DNA from: an uncultured Collinsella sp.
Lineage (GTDB): Bacteria > Actinomycetota > Coriobacteriia > Coriobacteriales > Coriobacteriaceae
Assembly: GCA_900543615.1 (NCBI GenBank)
Contig: UQSC01000001.1
Span: 17,684 to 81,683, forward strand
Direction: 5' to 3'
DNA: 64,000 bases
Part shown: positions 9,780 to 19,442 of the stretch, piece after piece
Position numbering within the stretch: the stretch's first letter is position 1
How the letters are laid out: each line of letters starts with the position of its first letter
Made by a program: the position numbers and the translations under genes
Notes under the pieces: generated by a model
The model's input: only the letters and a program-made list of their open reading frames with translations
Database searches by the model: none
Told to the model about the DNA's origin: nothing

Positions 9780-9965
9780 ATGTGCTCCCTTCGCGCAAAT
9801 TATGCGCCCTTATTTTTCGCCTTCAAGCGTACCCCACTTGAACCCGTGGCGCAGAAACACTCCGGCAATAAGTTTCCCTTCAACTGATATATCACATAAT
9901 CCCAGTTCAGAGGTATCTTTGAGCAGCGTAGAATAGGGGCGTTGACCAAGCCGCGAAACACATAT

Positions 9966-9975
9966 GAAACGTTTC
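9966..9975. promoter_or_regulatory. Putative LacI-family operator
   Basis: Perfect palindrome GAAACGTTTC about 50 bp upstream of the PTS IIA gene; matches the LacI-type AANCGNTT core. Confidence 0.5.
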
Positions 9976-10022
9976 CGGCAAACCAAACGCGCGATATGCG
10001 CCTATTTAAGTTGGAGGCAACT

Positions 10023-10586
10023 ATGGGTCTGCTCGATTCGCTTAAGTCCACCTTCACCTCGACCGGCGAGGCGTCCGTTCCGCCCGCAGCAAGCTTCGCT
10101 ACCCGCGAAGGCGTCATCTATGCCCCCGTCAACGGCGTGCTCGTCAACCTGAACGAGGTTCCCGACGAGACGATCGCCTCGGGCATGCTTGGCCAGGGCT
10201 ATGGCATCGAGCCCATTACCGGCACCATCTATGCGCCCGCCAACGGCCGCATCGGTGCCACCACTGTCACCAACCACTCCATCGGCATGATCACCGAAGA
10301 CGGCCTGCGCGTGTTCATCCATGTTGGCCTGGGCACCGTGGAAATGAACGGCAAGGGTTTTGCCCGCTTTGTCGAGATGGGCGATGTGGTCAAGGCAGGC
10401 CAGCCGCTCATCAGCTTCGACCGCGAGGCCATTAAGGCCGCTGGTCACGAGGACATCGTGACCGTCATCGTCTCCGAGCTCGATCGTCTTAAGAGCATCG
10501 ACCATGTCGGCGAGTCTGGAACGCTTATCGGCGGCAACCCGCTCGTCAAGCTTGGCGACCCGCTGCTGGTAGCCAAGACCAAGTAG
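10023..10586 (+). CDS. PTS glucose-family EIIA component (stand-alone)
   Basis: [14 protein letters not shown] and HSIG...[18 protein letters not shown] 10023 preceded by GGAGG. Confidence 0.9.
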   Translation: MGLLDSLKSTFTSTGEASVPPAASFATREGVIYAPVNGVLVNLNEVPDETIASGMLGQGYGIEPITGTIYAPANGRIGATTVTNHSIGMITEDGLRVFIHVGLGTVEMNGKGFARFVEMGDVVKAGQPLISFDREAIKAAGHEDIVTVIVSELDRLKSIDHVGESGTLIGGNPLVKLGDPLLVAKTK

Positions 10587-10623
10587 CCAGGCCCCGCGCC
10601 ACACAGCCAAAAGGCACCTCGTC

Positions 10624-10657
10624 AAGCGCCCGCGACCATTTGGCCGCGGGCGCTTTT
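10624..10657 (+). terminator. Rho-independent terminator
   Basis: AAGCGCCCGCG...CGCGGGCGCTTTT after the EIIA gene. Confidence 0.7.
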
Positions 10658-10767
10658 CGTTTGAAAAACCATCCCGCCAATGCTTTATCTGTATAGCTCA
10701 AATGAGCCGAGCTGCTAGAATATCGAACTGTATGGATAACTATCATTCAACCGTTATGGGAGGATAC

Positions 10768-12171
10768 GTGAACCGCACCAAAATCGCGCAGCTCTATGCC
10801 GATGCCGAGTCGCTCGGCGGCCAGGCCGTCACCGTCGCCGGCTGGGTCAAGTCCGTCCGCGACATGAAGAACTTTGGCTTTGTTACGCTCAACGACGGCA
10901 GCTGCTTCCGCGACCTGCAGGTCGTCATGAACCGCGAGGCACTCGACAACTACGACGAGATCGCCCATCAAAACGTCTCGGCCGCACTCATTTGCACCGG
11001 CACCGTCAAGCTGACCCCCGATGCGCCCCAGCCTTTCGAGCTTTCTGCCACCTCCATCGAGGTCGAGGGCACGAGCGCCCCGGATTACCCGCTGCAGAAG
11101 AAGCGCGCAACCGTCGAGTTCCTGCGCACTCAGCAGCACCTGCGCCCGCGCACCAACCTGTTCCGCGCCGTGTTCCGCATCCGCTCTGTCGCAGCTGCCG
11201 CCATCCACCGCTTCTTCCAGGAGCAGGGCTTTGTCTACGTCAACACCCCCATCATCACCACGAGTGACTGCGAGGGCGCCGGCGAGATGTTCCGCGTGAC
11301 CACGCTCGACCCCAAAAATCCGCCCCTCACCGAGTCCGGCGAGGTCGACTGGAGCCAGGACTTCTTTGGCAAGCATGCAAGCCTCACCGTGTCCGGCCAG
11401 CTCAATGCCGAGAACTTTGCCATGGCCTTTGGCGACGTGTACACCTTTGGCCCCACCTTCCGTGCCGAGAACTCCAACACCACGCGCCACGCCGCCGAGT
11501 TTTGGATGATCGAGCCCGAGATGGCCTTTGCCGACCTGAACGACTACATGGATAACGCCGAGGCCATGCTCAAGTACGTCCTCAAGGACGTTATGGCAAC
11601 CTGCCCCGACGAGCTCAATATGCTCAACAAGTTTGTGGACAAGGGTCTGCTCGAGCGCCTGGACCATGTCGCCAACTCCGACTTTGCCCGCGTTACCTAC
11701 ACCGAGGCCGTCGAGATCCTGGAGCAGGCAGTCGCTGCTGGCCACCAGTTTGATTACCCCGTCAGCTGGGGCATCGACCTGCAGACCGAGCACGAGCGCT
11801 TCCTGACCGAGGAGCACTTTAAGCGCCCGACCTTCGTGACCGACTACCCGGCCGAGATCAAGGCGTTCTACATGCGCATGAACGAGGACGGCAAGACCGT
11901 CGCCGCCGCCGACTGCCTGGTTCCCGGTATCGGCGAGATTATCGGCGGCTCCCAGCGCGAGGAGCGCCTGGATCTGCTCGAGGCCCGCATCAAGGACCTG
12001 GGCATGAATCCCGAGCAGTACAAGTACTACCTTGACCTGCGCCGCTACGGTTCCTGCAAGCACGCCGGCTACGGTCTGGGCTTCGAGCGCTTGGTCATGT
12101 ATCTGACCGGCGTGGGCAACATCCGCGACGTCCTGCCGCACCCGCGCACCGTGGGCAACGCCGACTTCTAA
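10768..12171 (+). CDS. asnS: Asparagine--tRNA ligase
   Basis: [41 protein letters not shown] and GLGFER; GTG start after GGAGG. Confidence 0.97.
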   Translation: MNRTKIAQLYADAESLGGQAVTVAGWVKSVRDMKNFGFVTLNDGSCFRDLQVVMNREALDNYDEIAHQNVSAALICTGTVKLTPDAPQPFELSATSIEVEGTSAPDYPLQKKRATVEFLRTQQHLRPRTNLFRAVFRIRSVAAAAIHRFFQEQGFVYVNTPIITTSDCEGAGEMFRVTTLDPKNPPLTESGEVDWSQDFFGKHASLTVSGQLNAENFAMAFGDVYTFGPTFRAENSNTTRHAAEFWMIEPEMAFADLNDYMDNAEAMLKYVLKDVMATCPDELNMLNKFVDKGLLERLDHVANSDFARVTYTEAVEILEQAVAAGHQFDYPVSWGIDLQTEHERFLTEEHFKRPTFVTDYPAEIKAFYMRMNEDGKTVAAADCLVPGIGEIIGGSQREERLDLLEARIKDLGMNPEQYKYYLDLRRYGSCKHAGYGLGFERLVMYLTGVGNIRDVLPHPRTVGNADF

Positions 12172-12217
12172 TCGTCGGACGCTAGCTCGCGTCGCCACAC
12201 GCCAACGCTCATCGCAT

Positions 12218-12253
12218 AAGCGTCTCTCGACATCGGTCGAGAGACGCTTTTTT
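12218..12253 (+). terminator. Rho-independent terminator
   Basis: AAGCGTCTCTCGAC...GTCGAGAGACGCTTTTTT. Confidence 0.8.
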
Positions 12254-12429
12254 CAACAGCATCCGTCAAGCTTTTGGCAAGTTTTTGGTCAGTTGAGCAG
12301 GGCTGTTGAAAACTCGACCCGCCGTTTGCCGACAACTACCGACCGCCCAGAGCGCCCTGCGCCCCTGAAAAAGCCCCACGTCCTAGGCTCCATACCGTCG
12401 CCACCCAAAACGGAAAGGACGTGGGCACG

Positions 12430-13215
12430 ATGACCGAAGCCGCTGTTGAAACCTACGACACCACGACGAGGGGCGCCGCCTCGATGGCAGCCTATCGCGC
12501 CGTTCGCATCCTGCAACTATTAAGCGAAAACACCGGCGAGGACAAGGCCATGCTTTCCGATGAGTTGATCCGGCGCCTCGCCCATCCCGACGACCCCGCC
12601 CGCATGCCCATCTCGGCGGCGCGGCGCAGCATCTACACCGCCATCTCCGCGCTTCGCCATGCCGGATACGAAATTGAGTACAAACGCGGCGTGGGCTACA
12701 AACTTCTTACCCGCCCGCTCACCGATGAAGAGATCATCCGGCTCCACGGTATGGTCATGCGCAACCGCTCCACGCCTATCGCTATCCGCAAGAGCATGGC
12801 GCAGCACTTAGTTGCCATGGCGAGCGCCGACGTTCGCGGCTACCTCGATACACCCGAACCCGTTCCAAGCGCAGGCAGCAAGGCCACCAAGGCAACACGC
12901 ACGCCCATCAAGCGCATCGACACGTGCGAGCTCGTCGAGCAGGCCATCGACCACGGAACCACGGTGAGTTTTGATATTTCGAGCGTCACGACACGTGGCG
13001 AAACCGAAGCAGCACGGATGACACTCCGTCCCTTTGCCATCAGGCAGCGCGATGGCATCTCGTATCTGCTGGGAACGGTCTACGACGCCCGAGGCGCCGA
13101 CGATACGCTGCGCACCGTCGAGATCGCCCGTATGAGAAACGTCAGCACGCGCCTGCTCGACGGCAAGAAGCTCTTCGCCGCCCTAGACGAGGACGACGCC
13201 TCCTCCGCCGCATAA
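12430..13215 (+). CDS. wHTH-WYL domain transcriptional regulator (divergent, apparently lacking the C-terminal WCX domain)
   Basis: N-terminal RILQLL...RRSIYTAISALR..G HTH; C-terminal PFAI...SYLLG...RTVEIARM resembles WYL; alternative start at 12421. Confidence 0.65.
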   Translation: MTEAAVETYDTTTRGAASMAAYRAVRILQLLSENTGEDKAMLSDELIRRLAHPDDPARMPISAARRSIYTAISALRHAGYEIEYKRGVGYKLLTRPLTDEEIIRLHGMVMRNRSTPIAIRKSMAQHLVAMASADVRGYLDTPEPVPSAGSKATKATRTPIKRIDTCELVEQAIDHGTTVSFDISSVTTRGETEAARMTLRPFAIRQRDGISYLLGTVYDARGADDTLRTVEIARMRNVSTRLLDGKKLFAALDEDDASSAA

Positions 13216-13375
13216 GACCCTCCGCCGCCCATTCGACTACCCGTACCGCCCATCCGATTCTGTATTAAAAAACCCGCCAGGCTGTTGTAAAAATGGACAT
13301 CAGCGCTACTATAGTTCCACTTGCACTTTGTCCCAGTGCAGTGTTTCCAGCCATTTTTATACTGGGGGTAATGAT

Positions 13376-14356
13376 ATGAAGGACATCACCATCAGCCGCA
13401 GGAGCCTTCTGGTCTCCGCTGGCCTGCTCGCGCTCGCTCCGCTCGCCGGATGCGGCGGCAACTCTGGTTCCGGCTCTGCTGCCGCCGGTTCCGACTACAC
13501 CATCGGCGTTCTGCAGCTCACCGAGCACTCCGCACTCGATGCCGCCAACGACGGCTTTGTCAAGGCCATCAAGGAGAGCGGCCTTAAGGTCAAGATCGAC
13601 CAGAAGAACGCCCAGAACGACCAGTCCACGTGTAAGTCCATTGCTGACAAGTTTGTGGGCGACAACGTCAACCTGATTTATGCCATCGCCACGCCCGCCG
13701 CGCAGGCTGCCGCCGGCGCCACGGCCGATATCCCCATCGTGGGCTGCGCCATCACCGACTACGCCGCCTCCGGCCTGGTCCAGGACAACGACAAGCCCGG
13801 CACCAACGTCACGGGCGCTTCCGACCTCACCCCGGTCGCCGAGCAGCTCGAGATGATGCAGAAGGTCCTGCCCGACGTTAAAAAGGTCGGCCTGCTCTAC
13901 TGCACCGCCGAGTCCAACTCCGACGTCCAGATCAAGGCCGCCAAGAAGGAGCTCGACAAGCTGGGCCTCGAGTACACTGACTTCACCGTCTCGAGCTCCA
14001 ACGAGATTCAGTCCGTCGTCGAGTCTACCGTGGGCAAGGTCGACGCGCTGTACTCCCCCACCGACAACACCATCGCCGCGGGCGCCTCGCAGGTGGGCCA
14101 GATCTGCAAGGAGAACAAGCTTCCCTTCGTGACTGGCGAGGAGGGTATGTGCATGGCCGGCGGCCTGTTCACCCTCTCCATCAACTATGAGGACCTGGGC
14201 TACGCCGCGGGCGAGATGGCCGTTAAGATCCTGAAGGGCGAGGCCAAGCCCGAGGATATGCCGATCAAGCACCTCTCGAGCAAGGACCTGGTCGTCGTCA
14301 AGAACGACGAAATGGCCGAGGCCCTGGGCATCGACCTTTCCGCCCTGGACGCGTAA
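13376..14356 (+). CDS. ABC transporter substrate-binding lipoprotein (Trp/Tyr-type ABC_sub_bind family)
   Basis: SRRSLL twin-arginine-like signal, LAGC lipobox, EHSALD, IATPAAQ, NVTGASD and PTDN. Confidence 0.9.
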   Translation: MKDITISRRSLLVSAGLLALAPLAGCGGNSGSGSAAAGSDYTIGVLQLTEHSALDAANDGFVKAIKESGLKVKIDQKNAQNDQSTCKSIADKFVGDNVNLIYAIATPAAQAAAGATADIPIVGCAITDYAASGLVQDNDKPGTNVTGASDLTPVAEQLEMMQKVLPDVKKVGLLYCTAESNSDVQIKAAKKELDKLGLEYTDFTVSSSNEIQSVVESTVGKVDALYSPTDNTIAAGASQVGQICKENKLPFVTGEEGMCMAGGLFTLSINYEDLGYAAGEMAVKILKGEAKPEDMPIKHLSSKDLVVVKNDEMAEALGIDLSALDA

Positions 14357-14559
14357 TGCCATACGCGGCATGCGTCTAGAGCCCGTGCTCGCGCTTTAGC
14401 CGCGTTATTCAATATCTGAGCCACAGGGGCGGGCGCTGTAGACCGGCGTCCGCCCTGCTTGTTTCAGGTAAAACAAAACGTCTGTCCGTAACTCTTCTAT
14501 GCATTGTTACCGCTATTATGGTGAATCACGTGTCCACCCTATCCTAGGAGGTATGAAGC

Positions 14560-15483
14560 ATGCTCATTGCATTGCAGGGCGCCGTTTCGCAGGGCGTCCT
14601 CTGGGGCATTATGGTGCTTGGCGTGTTTATCACGTTCCGCCTGCTCGACATTCCCGATATGACCTGCGACGGCAGCTTTGCCCTCGGCGGCTGCGTCTGC
14701 GCTGTGCTCATCGTCAATAACAACGTCGACCCGCTGTTCGCCGTACTGGCCGGTATGTGCGCCGGCGCCATCGCGGGCGCCGTCACGGGCATTTTGACCA
14801 CCGTCTTTGAGATTCCTGCGATCCTCGCCGGAATCCTCACCCAGATCAGCCTGTGGTCCATCAACCTGCGCATCATGGGCAAGTCCAATACACCCATTCT
14901 TGCCAAAGGCACCGTGTTCTCGGCCGTCAGCAATATGACCTGTCTGCCGCAGTCCACCGTTGCCATCATCTTGGGCATCCTGCTCGCCGTGGCTATCGTT
15001 GCCATCCTGTATTGGTTCTTTGGCACCGAGATCGGCTCGGCGCTGCGAGCCACCGGCAACAACGAGTACATGATCCGCGCTCTGGGCGTCAACACCAACT
15101 CCACCAAGATGATCGCCCTCGTGCTCTCCAACGCCCTCATCGGCCTTTCGGGCGCGCTCATCTGCCAGAGCCAAAAGTATGCCGACATTGGTATGGGCAC
15201 CGGTGCCATCGTTATCGGTCTTGCCGCCATTGTTATCGGCGAGGTGCTCGGCCGTCTGCTTCCCGGCGGCCTCACGCAGTTTAGCGTCCGTCTTGCCTCC
15301 GCCGTCTTTGGCTCCGTGGTGTACTTCCTTATCCGCGCCATCGTGCTGCAGTTGGGCATGGACGCCAACGACATGAAGCTGCTCTCCGCCGTGATTGTCG
15401 CTGTGGCCCTGTGCGTGCCCGTGGTTTGGGAGCGCTATAAGCTCCGCAGCTCCTACACGAAGGGGGATGAGGCAGATGCTTAA
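14560..15483 (+). CDS. ABC transporter permease
   Basis: PDMTCDGSF, SINLRIMG and LRATGNN; hydrophobic. Confidence 0.9.
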   Translation: MLIALQGAVSQGVLWGIMVLGVFITFRLLDIPDMTCDGSFALGGCVCAVLIVNNNVDPLFAVLAGMCAGAIAGAVTGILTTVFEIPAILAGILTQISLWSINLRIMGKSNTPILAKGTVFSAVSNMTCLPQSTVAIILGILLAVAIVAILYWFFGTEIGSALRATGNNEYMIRALGVNTNSTKMIALVLSNALIGLSGALICQSQKYADIGMGTGAIVIGLAAIVIGEVLGRLLPGGLTQFSVRLASAVFGSVVYFLIRAIVLQLGMDANDMKLLSAVIVAVALCVPVVWERYKLRSSYTKGDEADA

Positions 15484-16270
15484 GCTCTCGCACGTCAAGA
15501 AGACCTTTAACAAGGGCACCGTCACCGAGAAGCGCGCGCTCACCGGCGTCGACCTCACCCTAAATGACGGCGACTTTGTAACCGTGATCGGCGGCAACGG
15601 CGCCGGCAAGTCCACGCTGCTCAACATGATCGCCGGCGTGTACCCGCTCGATTCGGGCGTTATTGAGCTCGACGGCACCGACATCTCGCGCCTGAGCGAG
15701 TCGCAGCGCGCCAAGTACCTAGGCCGCGTGTTTCAGGACCCCATGCGCGGTACCGCTGCCGACATGCAGATCGCCGAGAACCTGGCCCTCGCCAAGCGTC
15801 GCGGCCAGCGTCGCGGCCTTTCGTGGGGCGTCACCAAGGCCGAGAAAGATGAGTACGTCGAGCTGCTCAAGCGCCTGGACCTTGGTCTGGACACGCGTCT
15901 CAACGCCAAGGTCGGCCTGCTCTCGGGCGGCCAGCGCCAGGCACTCACCCTGCTGATGGCCACGCTCACCAGGCCGCGCCTGCTGCTGCTCGACGAGCAC
16001 ACCGCGGCCCTCGACCCCAAGACGGCCTCTAAGGTGCTTAACCTGACCGAGGAGATCGTCGACGAGAACCACCTGACCACGCTCATGGTCACGCACAACA
16101 TGAACGACGCCATCCGTCTGGGCAACCGTCTGATCATGATGCACGAAGGCCACGTGATCTACGACGTGGCGGGCAATGAGAAGAAGTCGCTCACCGTAGC
16201 CGACCTGCTGCAGAAGTTCGAGGAGGTCTCGGGCGGCGAGCTCGCCAACGACCGCATGCTGCTGAGCTAA
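15476..16270 (+). CDS. ABC transporter ATP-binding protein
   Basis: Walker A GGNGAGKST, LSGGQRQ and LLLDEHTAALDP. Confidence 0.95.
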   Translation: MLKLSHVKKTFNKGTVTEKRALTGVDLTLNDGDFVTVIGGNGAGKSTLLNMIAGVYPLDSGVIELDGTDISRLSESQRAKYLGRVFQDPMRGTAADMQIAENLALAKRRGQRRGLSWGVTKAEKDEYVELLKRLDLGLDTRLNAKVGLLSGGQRQALTLLMATLTRPRLLLLDEHTAALDPKTASKVLNLTEEIVDENHLTTLMVTHNMNDAIRLGNRLIMMHEGHVIYDVAGNEKKSLTVADLLQKFEEVSGGELANDRMLLS

Positions 16271-16324
16271 AACCTGCCAAAAAGGGACAGGTTTATTTTG
16301 GTAGGTTTTATCTGCGCAAACGTC
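16271..16324 (+). repeat. GGGACAG-core REP-like hairpin, near-identical to 53804-53857
   Basis: 54-bp match (2 mismatches) to the reverse complement of 53804-53857. Confidence 0.85.
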
Positions 16325-16364
16325 AAAACCGCCGCAAAGGGACAGACGCCCTTGCGGCGGTTTT
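16325..16364 (+). repeat. GGGACAG-core hairpin (possible terminator)
   Basis: AAAACCGCCGCAA-AGGGACAGACGCCC-TTGCGGCGGTTTT. Confidence 0.7.
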
Positions 16365-16428
16365 CGCATATTATGTCGATAATCCGATATTCAACCAGAC
16401 ATTCTGGCTAAGGACTAAGGAAACTGCC

Positions 16429-18453
16429 ATGAAAAGACTCCCCCGCCTTGCGTTAGCCGCCGCGTTGTTTGCCGGCGCGCTCGCAGGCATCCCAAGCCTC
16501 GCTTTCGCGGGGAACCTGCCCGCCGCTATTGACGGCTCTGTGACCGTCATGCACACCAACGACATCCACGGCAGCTACAAGTACAGCTACAACGAAAGCA
16601 AGGGCACTGGCACTGTGGGCTTTGACGGACTGGCGGTTCTCTATAGCGCCCAGGGCAACGCCCCCGATCTTTTGCTCGATGCGGGCGACACCTTCCACGG
16701 ACAGTCCTTCGCCACCATGAGCGAGGGCAAGAGCATCGCCGAGCTCATGGACACCTTCTACGCCGACGGCTACGACGCGACCACGCCAGGCAACCACGAC
16801 TGGAGCTACGGCGCGGACAAACTCCGCACCATGACCGGCTACAGCACCACCAGCACGCCCTTCGCCATGCTCTGCGCGAACGCGAAGTCTACGAGCGGCG
16901 TATGGAGCTCGAGCATCACGAAGACGCTCGATCGCACCTGGGAGGATAGCGAGGATTACTCCACATTCGACTACAAAATCAAGGTCGGCGTCGTGGGCGC
17001 CATGGATGAGTCGCTGGGATCCTCGCTGCGCGCGGACCTGGTCGCGGGCACGTCGTTCTCGAGTGCCGCGAACGCCATCAATGCCGAGGCAGAGCAGCTG
17101 CGCAAGGAGGGCTGCGATGTTGTTGTGTGTATCGTGCACACGCTCGACGCCAAGACCTTTGCCACGCGACTCCGTGGCGTCGATGCCCTTATCGCAGGCC
17201 ACGAGCACATCAACCTTAACGAGAAGGTGACGGGAGCCGACGGCAAGACGATCCACGTTGTCGAGGCAGGCAGCGCCTTTGCCGAGGTGGGGCTGCTTTC
17301 CATTCCGTACAAGTACGACACCAATGGCACCGAGTCGACCGACGATGACACGGTCACGGTCCCTGCAGACGGCAGCGACGAGAAGCTCTACACCGCCAAG
17401 AACGTCAACGACCTTTTGGCGGACCCCGACAAGGGCTCCGACTACCAGAGCCGCCTTGAAGCCGTCCGCAACAAAATCAAGCCGCTCGACGAGGCCTTTG
17501 AAAACGAATCGAACAAGGTGCTCGGCACATCCACCACCAACTATTTCTACGGCGAGGACGCCGCAGGCACGCATGGTTGGGAAATGGTGCGCACCACCGA
17601 TTTCCGCCCCAGTAAGGAGGGCGACACCACCAAGGCCCAGACCATCGGCCATGTGACTTGCGGCTCCTATCTTGCCCTGACGAGCGCGGACCTTGCCATC
17701 GAAAACGCTGGCGGCATCCGCGGCGGCATCGCGGCGGGCAACGTGACCGCCGGCAACGTCATCGCTATCTCGCCCTACGGCAACACCGTGGAGACCTGGA
17801 CCATGACCGGCGCGGACTTCCTCGCAGCGCTCGAGCACTCGCTACAAATTAGCGACGATTGCAACGACAGCTACGAGCTTCAGCAGGCTTATGTGGCGGC
17901 CGGTCACACCGAGCAGGAGGCGCAAGACAAGTACAAGTGGCGCGATGACTCTGGCAGCGTTCTCTCCTTTGGCGGCATCAACGTGACGATTGATTGGACG
18001 CAGCCCGAAGGCAAGCGCATTGTGAGTGCCACACTCACCAAGGACGGCAGCACGCTCGACCCCGCCAAGGCCTATACCGTCGCCACCAACAACTACATCA
18101 TCACCAACACGACCGACTTCCCCACCTTCGCAAACGCCACCAAGTACACCGAGTGGGGCACGTGCGAGGCGGCGCTGAGGGCACTGATCGGGCAGGACAG
18201 CTGGGAGAGCAAGATGGCCTCGCTCGCGGGCACCATCAGCTTTGGCTCCGCTGCCGTGGACCCCACGCCCACACCGGCCCCGACGCCTAAGCCCTCGCCT
18301 AAGACGGACACGACGGCCACGAAGGTCATCACCAAGAAGACGACCGGTAAGCTTGCCACAACGGGAGACCGCACGCTGGCAGTAGTTGGCGCGTGCCTTA
18401 TCGGCGGCATCATCGTCATCATGCTCGGCATTATCTGGAAGCGTCGACGCTAA
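16429..18453 (+). CDS. Cell-wall-anchored 5'-nucleotidase/metallophosphoesterase
   Basis: Signal peptide; HTNDIHG, DAGD, GNHD, GHEH and NAGGIR motifs; PT-rich linker; LATTG + TM + KRRR sortase-type tail. Confidence 0.9.
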   Translation: MKRLPRLALAAALFAGALAGIPSLAFAGNLPAAIDGSVTVMHTNDIHGSYKYSYNESKGTGTVGFDGLAVLYSAQGNAPDLLLDAGDTFHGQSFATMSEGKSIAELMDTFYADGYDATTPGNHDWSYGADKLRTMTGYSTTSTPFAMLCANAKSTSGVWSSSITKTLDRTWEDSEDYSTFDYKIKVGVVGAMDESLGSSLRADLVAGTSFSSAANAINAEAEQLRKEGCDVVVCIVHTLDAKTFATRLRGVDALIAGHEHINLNEKVTGADGKTIHVVEAGSAFAEVGLLSIPYKYDTNGTESTDDDTVTVPADGSDEKLYTAKNVNDLLADPDKGSDYQSRLEAVRNKIKPLDEAFENESNKVLGTSTTNYFYGEDAAGTHGWEMVRTTDFRPSKEGDTTKAQTIGHVTCGSYLALTSADLAIENAGGIRGGIAAGNVTAGNVIAISPYGNTVETWTMTGADFLAALEHSLQISDDCNDSYELQQAYVAAGHTEQEAQDKYKWRDDSGSVLSFGGINVTIDWTQPEGKRIVSATLTKDGSTLDPAKAYTVATNNYIITNTTDFPTFANATKYTEWGTCEAALRALIGQDSWESKMASLAGTISFGSAAVDPTPTPAPTPKPSPKTDTTATKVITKKTTGKLATTGDRTLAVVGACLIGGIIVIMLGIIWKRRR

Positions 18454-18504
18454 GCTACACCGCCGGGCCTTACAGCCCCGCCGCGTAAACCTTATATCGA
18501 GCAC

Positions 18505-18539
18505 AGAAGCCCGTCCGAATTTGATCGGACGGGCTTCTT
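18505..18539 (+). terminator. Rho-independent terminator
   Basis: AGAAGCCCGTCCGA...TCGGACGGGCTTCTT. Confidence 0.65.
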
Positions 18540-18582
18540 GGTGGGTATCATGGTTGGACGATCATAAGGAGGTTTTCCCTAC

Positions 18583-19350
18583 ATGGAATTGTTTGAGCCG
18601 ATTCTTCATTTCTTTGAGCAACGGTGGGTCCACAACATCATCTGGGCCGTCATCTTGGCGATAGGCACCGCCGTCGCCGCCAAGGTCGTATCCAAGACCC
18701 TGAACCATCTGCTTAACCGAGACGATAACCCGCTACCGGCATCGAGTATCTTCATCAACATCGCGCGCGCCGTCATCTGGATGATCGGCGGCAGCTTTAT
18801 CCTCGACAACTGTTTTGGCATTAATGCAAACGCCCTCGTCGCCGCTCTTGGCGTCGGCGGCATCGCCATCTCCCTGGGTTTCCAGGACACGCTCTCAAAC
18901 CTTATCGGCGGCATGCAAGTGACCTTTATGGGCATCATCAAGCCCGGCGACAATATCGAGGTCGGCGGTGTGTCGGGCGTGGTCCAAGACATCACTTGGC
19001 GCCATACAACGATTGAGGATGCCTGTGGACAGACCATCATTGTGCCCAACTCCAACATCTCCAAGAACACGCTCGTGCATTTGATGCCCTTTGGACGCGT
19101 GGCCGTGCCCGTTGCCGTAAAGGACACGTCTAAGTGGGCTTCCCTTGACGCGCTGGCAGACGAGCTCACGAGCGCAACCAAAACGGCCGTCTCGCCCATC
19201 TCGGGCTTTGACAAAGAGCCCTACGTGCTCTTTAGCGAAATCGGCGACTTTGGCATCAAAGGAAAGATCATCTTTATCGTCAGCGACGACAGCACCACTT
19301 TCACCGCTGCCGACGCCTGCATCCGCGCCATCGCCCCCATCATCGCCTAA
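18583..19350 (+). CDS. Small-conductance mechanosensitive channel family protein
   Basis: LGVGGIAISLGFQDTLSNL, GDNIEV..G.V..I.WR.T and IVPNS. Confidence 0.9.
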   Translation: MELFEPILHFFEQRWVHNIIWAVILAIGTAVAAKVVSKTLNHLLNRDDNPLPASSIFINIARAVIWMIGGSFILDNCFGINANALVAALGVGGIAISLGFQDTLSNLIGGMQVTFMGIIKPGDNIEVGGVSGVVQDITWRHTTIEDACGQTIIVPNSNISKNTLVHLMPFGRVAVPVAVKDTSKWASLDALADELTSATKTAVSPISGFDKEPYVLFSEIGDFGIKGKIIFIVSDDSTTFTAADACIRAIAPIIA

Positions 19351-19387
19351 ACCACCGCAAAGGGGTCAGGCATCTTTGTAGTGGTTT
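19349..19387 (+). repeat. GGGGTCAG-core hairpin overlapping a stop codon
   Basis: AAACCACCGCAAAG-GGGTCAGGCAT-CTTTGTAGTGGTTT. Confidence 0.7.
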
Positions 19388-19442
19388 TCATTCGTGGTAC
19401 CATGGTTCATATAGTTGTTTAAACGACTAAGGGAGCAACATT

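Noticed and set aside
10660..10767. T-box leaders upstream of asnS (and also cysS and lysS)
   Set aside because: No AGGGTGGNACCGCG-type T-box motif is visible and the leaders are too short.
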